Shown here in pieces: positions 1-12,674 of a DNA stretch of 64,000 bases. The notes beneath the pieces are model-generated. The model searched no databases and was not told the origin of the DNA. It worked only from the letters and a program-made list of their open reading frames with translations. The stretch is from Bispira polyomma. Its lineage: Eukaryota. A program made the position numbers and the translations under genes. Each line of letters starts with the position of its first letter. Position 1 is the first letter of the stretch. The stretch is from contig OZ287754.1 in assembly GCA_965649765.1 (NCBI GenBank), forward strand, positions 17,112,001 to 17,176,000, in the 5' to 3' direction.

Positions 1-2
1 CA

Positions 3-2111
3 AGTGTTGACAGAATGCTAGCTGATGCTGTTAAGGGGGCATCTCTTGAGGAAGTGGAAAAGTTTAAGGAAAGGTATGAAGAAAAGATTTCAGACATGAA
101 TCTCTTGTATGTTCCTTTGTACCTAACGCTCTTATGCATTGTTTTCAAAGACGAATTTGCCAAAAAGCTAACCTGTACTGACCTAAGGATACCAGAAACT
201 ATGACAATGTTGTTCAATTCACTTTTGAATGTTATTGTACGTAGGTGGTTGCAGAAAACAAAGCACAAGAGTTTGAAAATAACTTTTAGTAATAGTCCCC
301 TTGATTCTAATAGTAACGTGCCGTCTGAGGTAAAAAGGATCATCTATTGCTTGGGACGAGTCTGTTACAAGGGCCTTATGGAGAATAAATACACTTTTTC
401 AGATACTGATGCAGGAGAATGCATGTTGGACATGGCAGAAGTCAAGGTAAGTGGCTTGTTTACTGTTGGTGCTTCCAAAGAGGGTGAGATATTTTTTACG
501 AAACACAAACAGCTTCAGGAATACTTAGCATCATTGTATTTAGCTTTTGAAGGTACAAGAGAACACACATTTCACGATATTACCCACAATGACAGCAATA
601 AAGGTAAGTTCTTGGCTGAAATGATCCGTGATTACAACATTGTAAAAGTTGTCCAGTTTGCCTGTGGACTTTCAGCTAAATTTCTACAGGATATATTTTC
701 CAACGCTGCATCTATGTTTAGCCTAATGAAGGGAGGAATGTCTACAATAGATATTTACTATGAGTGTGTTCTATTTACTGAACAACACATGTGTGAGTTA
801 TCAACTACCAGTGGTAATTGTAACCCAGTAGGGTACAATGAATTTAAACACTATTTGTACGCCACCCAAATCAAGAAAACGAACAGTTCGAGTATTTTTA
901 CCAACTCAACCCACACAATTTTTCAGAAATGTCTGCATAAAATCACTACTCTATTTAACAAAGACTTAGCAGTGGATCTTTTGTCAAGGCTATATGATGT
1001 TAGGCTCGACCCAGTACCTGATGGAAATTCAACTGACTTTCAACTGGCTGATTCTCCCACTCCAAAGTCTAACATTACATTCTGTTTAGATCAACTCCAG
1101 TCCGAGTTGCTCAGTTTTGTCCGTATACAGGGTGTACAGTCTCTTCATGCATATCCTGGTGTTGTGTTTGTTGACCTACCTGTGCTCCTGAAAACATTCC
1201 CACAACTCACACATTTAGATGTATCATCTGGCCCATACATTCCTTACAGTGGTGTTGTGAGATTAGATAGTGGGCCAAGTACTAAACTCACCAAGGTAAC
1301 ACTACGGTCACTGAGCTCCCTACATACTAGGTCCCTACGTACTAGCCCACTCCCAAACTCTCATATAGAGAGTCTCTTACAACAACAACACCTGATGTAC
1401 TTGAACTTACTATATGTTCCCATCTTATCAGAACTCTCTAGATCTTCACAACAACAGGATCAGTACTGGCCTCACTTAAAGCACCTCACACTCTATGACA
1501 CATACCTATGTTTGTCTGACTCTGAGGTAAACACTCTGTGTGCCATATTACAGACTTGCTCTGCTTCACTAACAGAGCTTGTTGTAGTTGTAACAGATGT
1601 ACCAAAACACAGTGTAACTCAGCTGAGTGAAAGCCTGAAGTCACTGAAATACCTGGAATGTATAGGTTTTAGTGTATATGATAGGCAAGACTATACACAG
1701 CAGATCCTGACACAGTGTTTACCCCACCTCACAAACCTACGCAAACTAGAAATGTGGCCTATGCGTGCACAGATGGAAGTGACAGAGGCATTTATTGAAA
1801 CATTAAAGTCACTGAAAAACCTGGAACATTTCAGTGTTGTAGACAACATAGATGTTAAATGTGAGGTGGTAGTCCAGATCTTGACTAACTGTCTGCCCCA
1901 TCTGACAAACCTGAACACAGTGACAATACCATATGATAATATCATAAATTCAGAAGCTGCTGTCACTGAGGCCCTGTGTACGAGCAGCAGTCTCAGGACA
2001 TTGCGAATGTTGTATTCTTATGGAAAATTATCTGAAAGTATAACACAAAAGCTGGAGGAAAAAAAAATACAAATTGTTTACAACCGCAGTGTTCTATCCT
2101 TACCAAACTAA
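3..2111 (+). CDS. NLR (NACHT-LRR) protein, 5'-truncated: HD1/winged-helix/HD2 region plus C-terminal LRRs
   Basis: Frame is open from the window edge. It has the NACHT HD1 motif VPLYLTLLC, the winged-helix motif FTKHKQLQEYLASLYL (F-x-H-x-x-x-QE-Y-L-A type) and LxxLxL repeats (e.g. LPHLTNLRKLEM). The Walker A/B motifs and the N-terminal domain lie upstream of the window. Confidence 0.88.
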   Translation, partial: SVDRMLADAVKGASLEEVEKFKERYEEKISDMNLLYVPLYLTLLCIVFKDEFAKKLTCTDLRIPETMTMLFNSLLNVIVRRWLQKTKHKSLKITFSNSPLDSNSNVPSEVKRIIYCLGRVCYKGLMENKYTFSDTDAGECMLDMAEVKVSGLFTVGASKEGEIFFTKHKQLQEYLASLYLAFEGTREHTFHDITHNDSNKGKFLAEMIRDYNIVKVVQFACGLSAKFLQDIFSNAASMFSLMKGGMSTIDIYYECVLFTEQHMCELSTTSGNCNPVGYNEFKHYLYATQIKKTNSSSIFTNSTHTIFQKCLHKITTLFNKDLAVDLLSRLYDVRLDPVPDGNSTDFQLADSPTPKSNITFCLDQLQSELLSFVRIQGVQSLHAYPGVVFVDLPVLLKTFPQLTHLDVSSGPYIPYSGVVRLDSGPSTKLTKVTLRSLSSLHTRSLRTSPLPNSHIESLLQQQHLMYLNLLYVPILSELSRSSQQQDQYWPHLKHLTLYDTYLCLSDSEVNTLCAILQTCSASLTELVVVVTDVPKHSVTQLSESLKSLKYLECIGFSVYDRQDYTQQILTQCLPHLTNLRKLEMWPMRAQMEVTEAFIETLKSLKNLEHFSVVDNIDVKCEVVVQILTNCLPHLTNLNTVTIPYDNIINSEAAVTEALCTSSSLRTLRMLYSYGKLSESITQKLEEKKIQIVYNRSVLSLPN

Positions 2112-2155
2112 AATCATACTTTTTACATGTAAAATCAAATGGAAATGCCCTTTAA

Positions 2156-3034
2156 GGCTTTAGTGACGTAAACACAAAAAACGATCGCCGCTAATCCACG
2201 TTGTGCAGGAATTACGGTCTAGAAACATACACTACATTGTTATAAAGGCCTTAAAGTCCATTTTTAAATACGATTTTTGCTTTATGAGTTGTTAAAATTT
2301 TAGTGGACAGATTAAATAACAATTCAAGCCGAATTTTATAAATTTTTAACATAGATTTTAGCAATTTTTTAGCAAGAAATACTATGTATAAGAAGGTGTA
2401 AAATTGTTGGAAAAACATGAATATTTGTCCAAGTACACCCTTCACAAACGTGACACAATACACATACCAAGAAGGTATCAATGCTGAAATATTGTACAAG
2501 ACTGGAAAAAGGAAAACATTAGCAATACTTTGAATGAATTCGTTTTTTAATAAAAGCACAAAAAACGGGGATAAATACAAAAACATTAAAGTTACACTCT
2601 TCTAAACAGAAAGATTCTTTGTATTCTTCGTTTATATAACATAAGGAAACATATTTAAAAATTTAATTCATTCAAAACAATATACACGTTTTTTAAAGTT
2701 GTGTACGCTATGTAATATGTTTATATATGCTGGATCAATACTCATATTGTGTCACAATAGAAGGGGCTCTCCAAGAGAATTGTTTACAAATATGACGTTC
2801 CACCATAGGTTTCAAATTGTGTGACGTCACAATACTAAGATCGTTATATGCCCGTTTTAATCACTTTGCAAAGAAATATTAAAGTTTTAAATAATATTTG
2901 CATATAAAAATGGTTAGAACGGTCACTAAAGACATCTTTTAAGACTGGCATAATGGATACTTATGGTTAAAACATTTTCGTAACCGAGGTATAATTATTG
3001 GGCTACGCATTTGTGGGTTTACGTTACTAACGCC
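2156..3034. mobile_element. Non-autonomous DNA transposon (Kolobok-like MITE)
   Basis: Imperfect ~27-bp TIRs: GGCTTTAGTGACGTAAACACAAAAAACG versus the reverse complement GGCGTTAGTAACGTAAACCCACAAATGCG. TTAA on both sides (2152-2155, 3035-3038). Confidence 0.75.
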
Positions 3035-5869
3035 TTAATTCTTCGATAATATTTTTTTTAGGAATAGCCATGAAGCAAAAGAAATGACTCTTTCCCATAA
3101 ATGTGTATTAGGATTTTACTATATTACACAGGTTTAAGGGCCATTATAATGTAATAGAATCGTACACAGCAAATAAGAGAACTTTAATTCAGGGGGATCG
3201 GTACTTTCCTTTTTTTTTTAGAAATTAGCACATTAAATTGGTAAAACTACACGAGGGTGTGTATGATTAAATTATAACTAAATTTCAAAAAAATATTTAT
3301 AAATGGGAAAAAAATCGAGTTTACAAATGCCCCAGAATGTTGTTCCAGATATCTATTTTGTATAATGTGCAAATTTAGCTGAATATCTGCTTTCATAAAT
3401 AAGAATGTTCAGCTTTAAAACTGTGGGAAATCTCGTGAATACTACAGTTTTCATATACATTTTTATAGGGGCTGAAATGTATGTAATGGTCCAAATACCA
3501 TCGTAGTAGAGTGGAATACATAGTGTAGTGTGTAATAAATTATGAAGTCACATACAATTAAGGAGATAAAACAATCATTAAAACCTCTATATGACGGTTT
3601 CAATGTCTCATGGCAAAATTTTGTTGTCAGCATTTTGTTATTATAAATCTTTCACTTTTTTATATTATTTACCAAACACCATGTATAATTTGAGAATGTC
3701 CTAGATTATAACATTGTAACTAATATAATTGGGCTGTTGATTTTCCTGAGTTGACTCGATTTGCCTTTTTTGGTTCTTCCCTCAAATGGAGTTATACAGG
3801 GTGCATTTACTGCGCCTATGACCCCAACCCACAAATAACATTACAATATTCTTGTAAATTGATCCGCTGCACACGCGGTTATAGTTTTATGTACTGTTAC
3901 GTTTTGACATTGTGTGGAATGTCCCATATTTATTTTTGTGTATGAATCCATTTTATTAATTTCTCCAAATATGCAAACCTCATTTGATTCGAAATTCGTA
4001 TATTAGTTAACAAAGTTTGTGGCATAAAGGCAAAGGTCTACAGTGTCTGTGCCAGCATTCATGTCACCAGTTTGCCTACAAAACCCAAACAAAACCATAT
4101 TTTATAACCTTGTTGGTGTCATCCTAAACTATCGGCTCTCTTGATATACAAAAACAAAGAATACTTTTTACAAACCAAGCGACAAATTTTGAACATGTTT
4201 GGGGGTATTCAGGACTTAAATTAACTAAAACAGTATACCCACAGTTTTATTCAGGTAACCATTGTGAACAAAGTCAAAACATTTGGTGATGGCAGCCATC
4301 TTGAATTTCAATGACTATTACGACGCCTGTGTTTTTGTACCAAGTTATATGGAGCTGAGTTTAACCCTTTTTTTGGGGGAAGTAAGAGGTATAACTGTCA
4401 AAAATAAAATATTGGATAAAGGAGTTTTGTGATTTTATGGCCAGGTTTAAGACACAGAAGACACATAGAATTAAAACATTTGGGTATTGTAAGAAGGATC
4501 TCTTGCATTATTTGCAAATAATTTTTGGACATATTTTTACATTTACTCAACTGGTAACAATATGTTTGTGGACGTACTTGTGCAGTTCATTTGTTTTGGA
4601 CTTTAGACTTTAATGGACTCTATTAATGACACATGACAATTGCACAGTAACATTGTATTGACTAGGACTGGCCTACTGACTGGTGCATGTATTAGATAAA
4701 TGTTTTGTTAAGTGTTCCTTTGTAAACATATTCTGAAGATGTGATAGAGTTATTATATCAAGTTTAGTATGTGTGTTTAACATAAAAGTTTTAATTAGTA
4801 CTGGTAAATACATGAGCTAATGGTAATGCTTGCTATTGTAGGTTGAAAGTTGTTGATTAATAAAATAGTATAACTGATAATGACATGAACATTTTAGCAT
4901 TTATCAGTGGTACTGCCACAGACTTTTATACAATAGAGTAATGTTGAACAAGGTGGATATTTTGTTAGTTAATTTGCTTGTATATATTCTGTATTTCGTT
5001 TTTGTTAAGTTAGAGGTTAAGGTATAATTTATTTGATTTTTCTATATGTTTTTAACATATTACTTTCGGATGAACTGTAATATAATTGATTGTCTGCACT
5101 TTGCTGATGTTAATATTATCATATGCACAGTTGGTATTTTACAGAATCTAACAAATGTTACAACATGCTGTTAAGTAACATGTATTGCAACATAAAAAGA
5201 TGAACATGTTATGTATACAACTGCTTTCATATAGTCTAGTTAATATGTTTCACATATATTGTACAAAGTATGCTGTTATTTGTAGGTATACTGTTGTAGT
5301 TAATTGTTGTGGCTGTGCAAGTATGCTGTTATTTGAGGTATACTGTTTTAGTTATTTGGAGTAAATATGTTTATGATATTAAAAGTATTTTTTTAAATGT
5401 GGAATGAACTGAACTGGTTATAAACAGTTCTGTAACATTATGTTCACACTATTTCTTTAAAGTACATGTATATTTAGCCACATTGTATGTCATATCATTA
5501 TAAAGTGCCTTGAAACCCATCTATGTGGTGATGACAGTATGTAAATAATATATTGTGTTTTTATTATGTGTATATCTATATACTTTTTTGAAATTTGTGG
5601 AACATAATAGAAAAATTAACAAACGAAGTCACTCTGATTCCACAAGTGCCCAATGTGATAAAAGCCAGTGACATGCACTTAATAGATTTTCAATCAATAC
5701 TATTTTCTTAAATAAAGAATGCTCTAAGCTTAATAGTTGCTATGGAAAATATTAAAGTAAGACTTTTATCACGAAATGTACCATAAGCATTTTAACTTGA
5801 GAACCTTTTTAAACTACATTTTTTGTATTGTTATTTTTAGAGGTTTATCAAATTGTAAGTATCTGTATG

Positions 5870-6345
5870 TGTGTGTTGATTATACAATATTATGTTGAAT
5901 GTAGTATATGCGTTTCTAAATAAGTGATTAATAACCAAACGGTAATACCCTTTTTTCTGTATTTACCATTATCAGTAAGAAAATTGGGACAATTAAAAAG
6001 TTTTGTTTGTTAGCCTTTGAAACTTACCTCTGTGGATGGAACTAATTTATGAGTAGTCACAAGGGGCTGTATTCACGAAGGGACTCAGCCAGGTCTTATA
6101 CTTAAATCAGTATGCTTTTGTCAAATTGTAAATATCAGACTATATTCTGTATAACACACACGTGTTGACTATACAATATTATATTGAATAAAGTATATGT
6201 TTCTAAATCAATGATTAATAACCCACCAGTAAGAACTTTTTCTTCTGTATTTACTATTATCAGTAAGTAAATTGATACACATTTAAAATATTAGTCTTTG
6301 TAACTTACTTTTGTGGCTAGAACTAATTTATGAGTAGTCACAAGG
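5870..6345. repeat. Local direct duplication of ~190 bp (about 5870-6064 and 6161-6345)
   Basis: Both copies run from gtgttga(t/c)tatacaatattat to aactaatttatgagtagtcacaagg. A MITE-end fragment (ggggctgtattcacgaagg) lies between them. Confidence 0.75.
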
Positions 6346-9044
6346 TATAGAATTAATGTTGACTTATGCCTATACTTTAGATTGCAAATACATGTATATG
6401 ATGTAAGTTATTGTAGCCAGTGTTTTGTACGTGTAAGCATTTCTAGTGAAAATGTCAATTAATATACCAACACAATGCATACATGTATTACAGGCTACAT
6501 GTGTTAAGAGTTTTAGCCAACAGAAATATTCCTGAAATGCACCCATGTATGATATGAAATGTATAAAAATATACTCATACACTGCATATAAAAGGTAATT
6601 AGAACTTATGTCATGTCTAATGAAGTGTAGCTTGCATCTATGTCTGTACTATTATTTTACATGGTATTTATACAGGTGATCATTATATAACTTGTTTTAT
6701 TGTTGCTTTTGGTTTAACAAATGGACTATAATATTAAACCAAGTATGCCAACATTGTATTTGTGTGCACATAATAAGGTTTCTTAATTCCTTAGCTAGAC
6801 ACAGTCCAGTTTTCAAATTTATATTCAGCACATTTGTATACATTTATCATGAATTTATAGTCAGCCTTTTCTAAAATACTGAAGTATATATAATCATATC
6901 AGTAACTGTCATTTACCTAACCGAAGAGAGGGGCTGGATAATGGATACCTATAAATGTTGCCAAGGTTCATCAATCTTCCACTGGAGTTGGGACTCAATA
7001 ACAGAGTACCAACATTTTAAATGGTCATCAAACCACTATGTATATGCCTGTTATCTGGTCACCCCAGACTGGGATCAAACACAGGTCCTCTGCATTCTAA
7101 GTAGGTGATTTATCCACCAGGACAAAGTAGCAAATACAAATATTTTCTGATGATATGTTAATTAATGTATAGTGTTGTAAATAAACGGATAAAAGTTTGA
7201 TTGGTACTTGGTCTTTCTTTGGCGTTTAGGCAGTCGGAGCCTAATTTTAGCTTTTTCCACTTGTGACAAAAACTAACCTGTTTGTTGGTCATCATGTTAG
7301 TAAAGTACAACTACAAACCTTCAGTAAATCTTGGCCTAAGATTTAAACACATGACTTGGGCCAAATACTTACCTGTCGGAGTAAGGCTGGATACCTGGAA
7401 AATCCCAGATTACACACGCACAAAACAGAGAAATCCACATTGCTGTTCAACATATCTTGAAGTTCTAACACTATATTCCCATGTAATTTTTAACTTTTTC
7501 ATCAGACAACACATACTTTCCACCACATGCAATTAAGTGTAAAAGTGTATGATTCATATCTCAGTCCACTTTGAGTTTAAAAGTGAAATTTTAACACCTC
7601 TGTCCAAATTGCAGCTGGAATTGTTTACTGGTAGGAAAAATACTGAAAGCCAAAAGTTTAATGCTCCTTACATGAGCACAACACATGAAACATTACTATT
7701 GCTAAATAATGATATTTAATAAGAATCCAATTTAAGGGCTATGTTCAGGTATCCACAGCATTACCTGACTAAATTGTAATACCCAATTAAGGTTTCAAGT
7801 CATTTCAACACATTTGTATTACATTATTACAGTCAGCTTATTGGTGTAAGATGCCAGTACTATTTTGTTGCTTATCATTACAGTAATGTGAAGCTACAAA
7901 CCTTCAGTAAATCGAATACTAGATTTACAAGATGCAAGCTTAAGGCTAAGATTTATACACATTACCGTATTGGTAAAAACAAATGTTTAGAGGGCTATGT
8001 AGGGTGAATTGTGAAGGGGGAAGTTAGAAATTTAGTCAACAGACCTAAATTTTTTAGATTGAGTAGCTTTATTAATAGGAGATTATAGTGCTTGATTTTG
8101 ACCGAAAAGGTTAAAAAATATTTTGGTCTTAGTACCAGTTACAATATCTTGAACTTAACAGTAAAACTAACAGCAGGCAGTCTTAAATATTTTAAACATA
8201 AATGTTGAGCTTAAGACTAAATGAAGACTAAGACATTTTGTGAATAGGGCCCTCATAAATTGAGAAAATAGAATGCCAGCATACAGCTATTTGGGCATTT
8301 ATTGAAACCAATCATCAAATATTTAAAGTTTAAGGTAAGGTTGACCAAAACTTTAATTCATACTAAAGTTAAGATTAATTTGTACTTTCTTTAGTATGTG
8401 ATAAAATATGTGAACATTAAAAAGAAGAAAGTCTTAAATCAAGATCACCTTTAATTCAATCTAACTTAATATAATCAAGTTAGCCAGGTTTTATACTAAA
8501 ATGTAGTGATAAAAATATAAGGCCTTTGGTAATAACTTGTTAGTAGTATCTTGTTTGTCGGGAGGAACCTGGTTCGAACTTTTGCCATTAAAGCACACCC
8601 ATTACTTTTCAGAAACTGCTAAATGGTATGCCTATTGTATTATTGCTATTTGTTCCATATCTTAATAAAAATAAGTGCACCCTAAACATAAGGGCGATTC
8701 TTGGGACTCTTGTATGGCCATAAAACACTTCAATTATTAACACAAGTGTTACACAATCAATGGTTACTAATTAATGACCAATGCAAGTACACTTTTATAT
8801 GTTGGGAAACTTTGAATGTTTCAGTGTTTTATTATACTAAAGTATTGGCAAAGTATGTATTAAAAAAGGTATCATTTATTACTTGTATGCTGTACAATAT
8901 AACTGAAAAAAAAATATTGCTGGGCCATTTTAACAGAAATATCATTTGTACTTGATAAAGTGAGCACATAGCTAAGTTATATTTAAAAAGGTTTTACATT
9001 GTTTTCAACAGCTATAATGGCCCGTTCTCATTCAGAAGAACGTT

Positions 9045-9480
9045 TGGCAGTATTTGTTGCAGTAGGTTTGTGGCTTTCCATCTTTATAGATCACCCCCCC
9101 AAAACCCACCCTGCTCACTGCCACAAAGTTGTGGCGTGTTGGAAACAAAACTGTAACGGACCTGATGCAAAAGTGGCGTGTACCTAATGAGAAACAAAGT
9201 CATAACAAACAATAACAAATACCTCACTAATCTCAATGAAAATTCACTTACTGCTACAAATTAAAACTAATGCGAAACTAGCCAGAACAAGCCAACACAA
9301 CCTGCTAATGATGAGAAACGTTCCAAAAGTAATCGAGACGTATAGCTTTCCGACCCCCTACCCCCTACAAAAACCCTTACAAATGAACATATGTCCACAA
9401 AATTTCAAAACTTCCTTGACGGCGAGACTAATGCTCACAGATATTAATGAAGAGTTCCGAACCGCTATAATGTAGAGGTA
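9045..9480 (-). repeat. Dispersed repeat; related copies at ~51560-52440 (split by a LINE) and ~12770-12845
   Basis: The reverse complement shares ggaactcttcatt(a/g)atatc..gagcat.agt, gaa.gttttgaaatttt and gttgtgttggct with the 51.5-52.4 kb copy. Confidence 0.6.
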
Positions 9481-9489
9481 AAGATAAAG

Positions 9490-9712
9490 TTGAAACGTAC
9501 AGTCACTGATCCATAAGAAGGCGTTTGTGGTGCATTGATGACTGCCATCCATGTAAATGCGACCTAGATATTAGGTCAAATCACGACGGCCAGATTTATT
9601 GGAGCTGAAGCACTGTAAACCACGGACTACAGTCACTACACAAGTACCTGACACGGGTAAGAGGCCACTAATTGTGAATCAGGTGCTTCTAACCGCTAGG
9701 CCACTGCGGTCC
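9490..9712 (-). mobile_element. tRNA-derived SINE fragment
   Basis: The reverse complement begins ggaccgcagtggcctagcggttagaagcacctg (A-box-like tRNA head) and is related to the 18.7-19.0 kb copy. Confidence 0.55.
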
Positions 9713-10680
9713 TTGTTTGTATGAAAACGGCATTACACACAAAAAAAAAACAATAGTTTGCAGTAGAAGAGCATTTAAAAAAAAAAACTGAACTTTGGCA
9801 TGTTGGCTGAGGTATGCACTTTACTAATTGCCATGCTAGGTTTAAAGTAGTTTTCCACATTGATTTCCAATATGGTTATATGTTATACTCCCAAAACGTG
9901 ATAAATAGACTTATTTCATCAATCATCTTATTTGACCCATATGGACCATTTTCAAATTTTATTGATGTTTCCATAATTTTACCTGTGTATTGATACTACT
10001 TTTGTGATGTTCATGTGGAACTATTTATGCGAAAGTTTACTTGTCCTTTGTGACTACCTGCATATATATGAAGACCATAGATTTTAATTAAGTGTCGGTT
10101 AGAAATTTATTTGAACACATAAAATTTGAAGTGGACTACCACACTGAAAACAGTGCTAAATACCCAGTTGCAGCGTTAAGGACAATAGGATCATTGACAA
10201 ATTGTCATCGTCAAGTCTTTGCTGGTTCTTTTTCTTATTCAAGAAAGTTCTGCAAATATAAGCTAAATAGAGAACAAAAGTATACATTTTTGAAATAATC
10301 TAAAGATTTAACAACATCATGTGTTTACATGTTGAAAAAGATCTCATTATATGTTTATAACTGATTTTACCAATTTTTAATGTTTTGTGTGGAAATGAAA
10401 ACTGGTGTTTTGATGCTCCCAAACATTGAGGTCAATGCCAACTTATAGTTAGGATTCTGTGTAAAGTATGATAATAAGTTGCCCATGAAGATTTTGTCAT
10501 ATAAATATATTGTTGATTGTTGATGCATATTGCATCAACTCTATATCATGAATAACTTAACCTAGATTTATTTTATCCGAGTTTAGGTGAATATTTAGTT
10601 ATAAATCTCTTGTGATATAGGTAGTCATTATTTTTGGTTAGTAAAATTATCAAGAGTTAAAGATTCAGTTTCTTGTCGGA

Positions 10681-11050
10681 TATTTATTTTATTATTATTA
10701 TTATGAAATTTTAACGCGATTTATTGATGCTAGGCATCTTCTAAAGCACAACAACAGAATCATTGATCCAATCGTAGAGTCCATGGGCATAGCAAAGTCG
10801 TAAGGAAAGAAGTGGGAGCATGTACGAGGGAAGCTAAGGTGGGTAGGCACGGTTAAAAAGATAGGTTTTAAGCTTTCTCTTATAACCGGTGAGTGTATCA
10901 ACTGATCTGAGGTCAACTGGGAGCTACTGTTCCATAACAAGGGAGCTGCAATGGAGAATGCTCTGGATCCCGCCTTTCTGATGGGTCTGATCGAAGAAAC
11001 AGTCAGTCTGTTGCCTCTCTTGCGGTCACTGAAGGAGAAAAGGAAGGGAA
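10681..11050 (-). mobile_element. LINE (L2/CR1 group) 3' end
   Basis: AGSRAFSIAAPLLWN ORF2 C-terminal motif, followed by a (TAA)n tail. Confidence 0.7.
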
Positions 11051-11677
11051 GCAAGGTAGGGGGGCTGTTGAGTTACTACAGCCTTAAAAATGGTAACGTG
11101 AATCTTGAACAAAATACGAGAGCGAATGGGAATAATAACTGCACTTCAGATAAAGTGACTACCTCCTTCAAGGTAATGGTTTGCATACTAATTTCTTAAT
11201 TTGAACTTCTTTATTTAATATTCTGCTTGTTTAAACACAATTTGTGGTGTCTATGATATCACAAAAACCCCAAAAACCTATGTGCTTTGCAGTTTCTATG
11301 AATGTACCGCCCCCCCCCCCCCACACACACACACAAAACTTAAGTACAAGTATTTAACAACAAAAAAACATCACAATATACATGCTTCACATATCAACTC
11401 CAATGCTGCCATTGTGCAATGTGGGTTACAGGTACAGGTCAGATATATAACTGCTCAGACGACCACTTAAAATGGTGGTCCTCATTCATTGAGTCTCATC
11501 CTCTGTGGCCGGTTAAAGAATCTATCGTAGGAGTGTAGGCAGTGTATAATCAAATTACTTATAGATATCTGCACCTTCAACTGTTACATTATCTCTGCTA
11601 ACATGCTAGGTTACATAGACCTTTAAAAAAATGCCACATTAGCTGTCACCACGACTCTTGGTATAGCAGACACCTAC

Positions 11678-11914
11678 CTTCACAGCCATAATCAAGCAAT
11701 CCCTGCTACTTACTCCTACTCATTTACATATGTAGGTACAGGGCATGTAGAGTTCATATCCAGGCTCACAAAACTGGCCCAGTGGACAATGTCCAGTGGT
11801 AGGACAATACTGTATGTCACCTGAGCAGGTAACCAGTAGTGTCGGTAGAATTAACACTTGTATTATTATTGAGAAAGAGCACAGCACTGACAAAACAGAT
11901 AATAACTGATCCAT
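11678..11914 (-). pseudogene. Single-CRD TNFR-like gene copy A, exon 1 only (pseudogene)
   Basis: Signal peptide + YCPTTGHCPLGQFCEPGYELYMPCTYICK*. Cys4 is replaced by Tyr. TGA stands where copy D has GGA (TGAGTAGGAGTA vs GGAGTAGGAGTT). A 1-nt frameshift precedes the last Cys. The donor GAAG|gtaggt at 11677 is retained. No TM exon was found downstream. Confidence 0.78.
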
Positions 11915-12661
11915 TAATGGATAGTTGTGTTCATTGTAACATAAATAAATATATTTATTAGAAACTTCTTCTAAAAATAGAAAACCACCTTAAAAATTAA
12001 AGTTTTGTAATTACACTGGTATACAAGTGATCAATTCTAACTTCACAAACAAACTCTTTTGAAAAGAAAAAAAAGGGATATTACCTAATTGAATTGATTA
12101 TTGCATAACAAATCTTCATTGGAGCACGATTCTCGAAAGCAATACTCTGGATATTTGATCCATAAATCTGTTTACAACCTGCCACAGGTGCTTGATATAC
12201 CGTATTTCAGTTAACAAATAAATAATCAGGCAACATTTAATGCTTTCCTCCTTTTCCAATTTGAAAATGCTTATGGACTTCAGGTGTATATATAGGTATA
12301 GAATTTTTATTATTGTACATGGTACATGATGTATATTAGCATAACATAATATTTATCTGCATATATTTATCCACATTAACACAGTGATCACCACAGGCCA
12401 GTTAGGTGTAGTATTTGTGTACCTTAAATATAACCTGTGTAGTTGCTATTTTTTTTTTATTTATTATGTTTAGATAATGATAAAATTGGTCATGAAATAA
12501 CCTTGTATATTTTAAATTTTAAGATACAATATAGCCAAAGTATCTGATGTTATCAAATAATAACCATTATGTAGTGAACAGAGAAGACAAAAAGTCCAGT
12601 GTGTTTTGGTTTTATCAGCATATTCATTATTAAAGATTAAATATTTTAAGTGATTAGGAAC

Positions 12662-12674
12662 GGGGAATTTCCCC
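12662..12674. promoter_or_regulatory. NF-kB-type site GGGGAATTTCCCC
   Basis: Matches the GGGRNWYYCC consensus, ~750 bp upstream of the copy A start codon. Confidence 0.45.

Noticed and set aside
2251-2586. 111-aa hydrophobic ORF
   Set aside because: Lies inside the AT-rich MITE and is compositional noise, like most other short ORFs in the track.
11720-11722. Selenocysteine or readthrough TGA in copy A
   Set aside because: The position aligns to Gly (GGA), not Cys, and other inactivating lesions accompany it.
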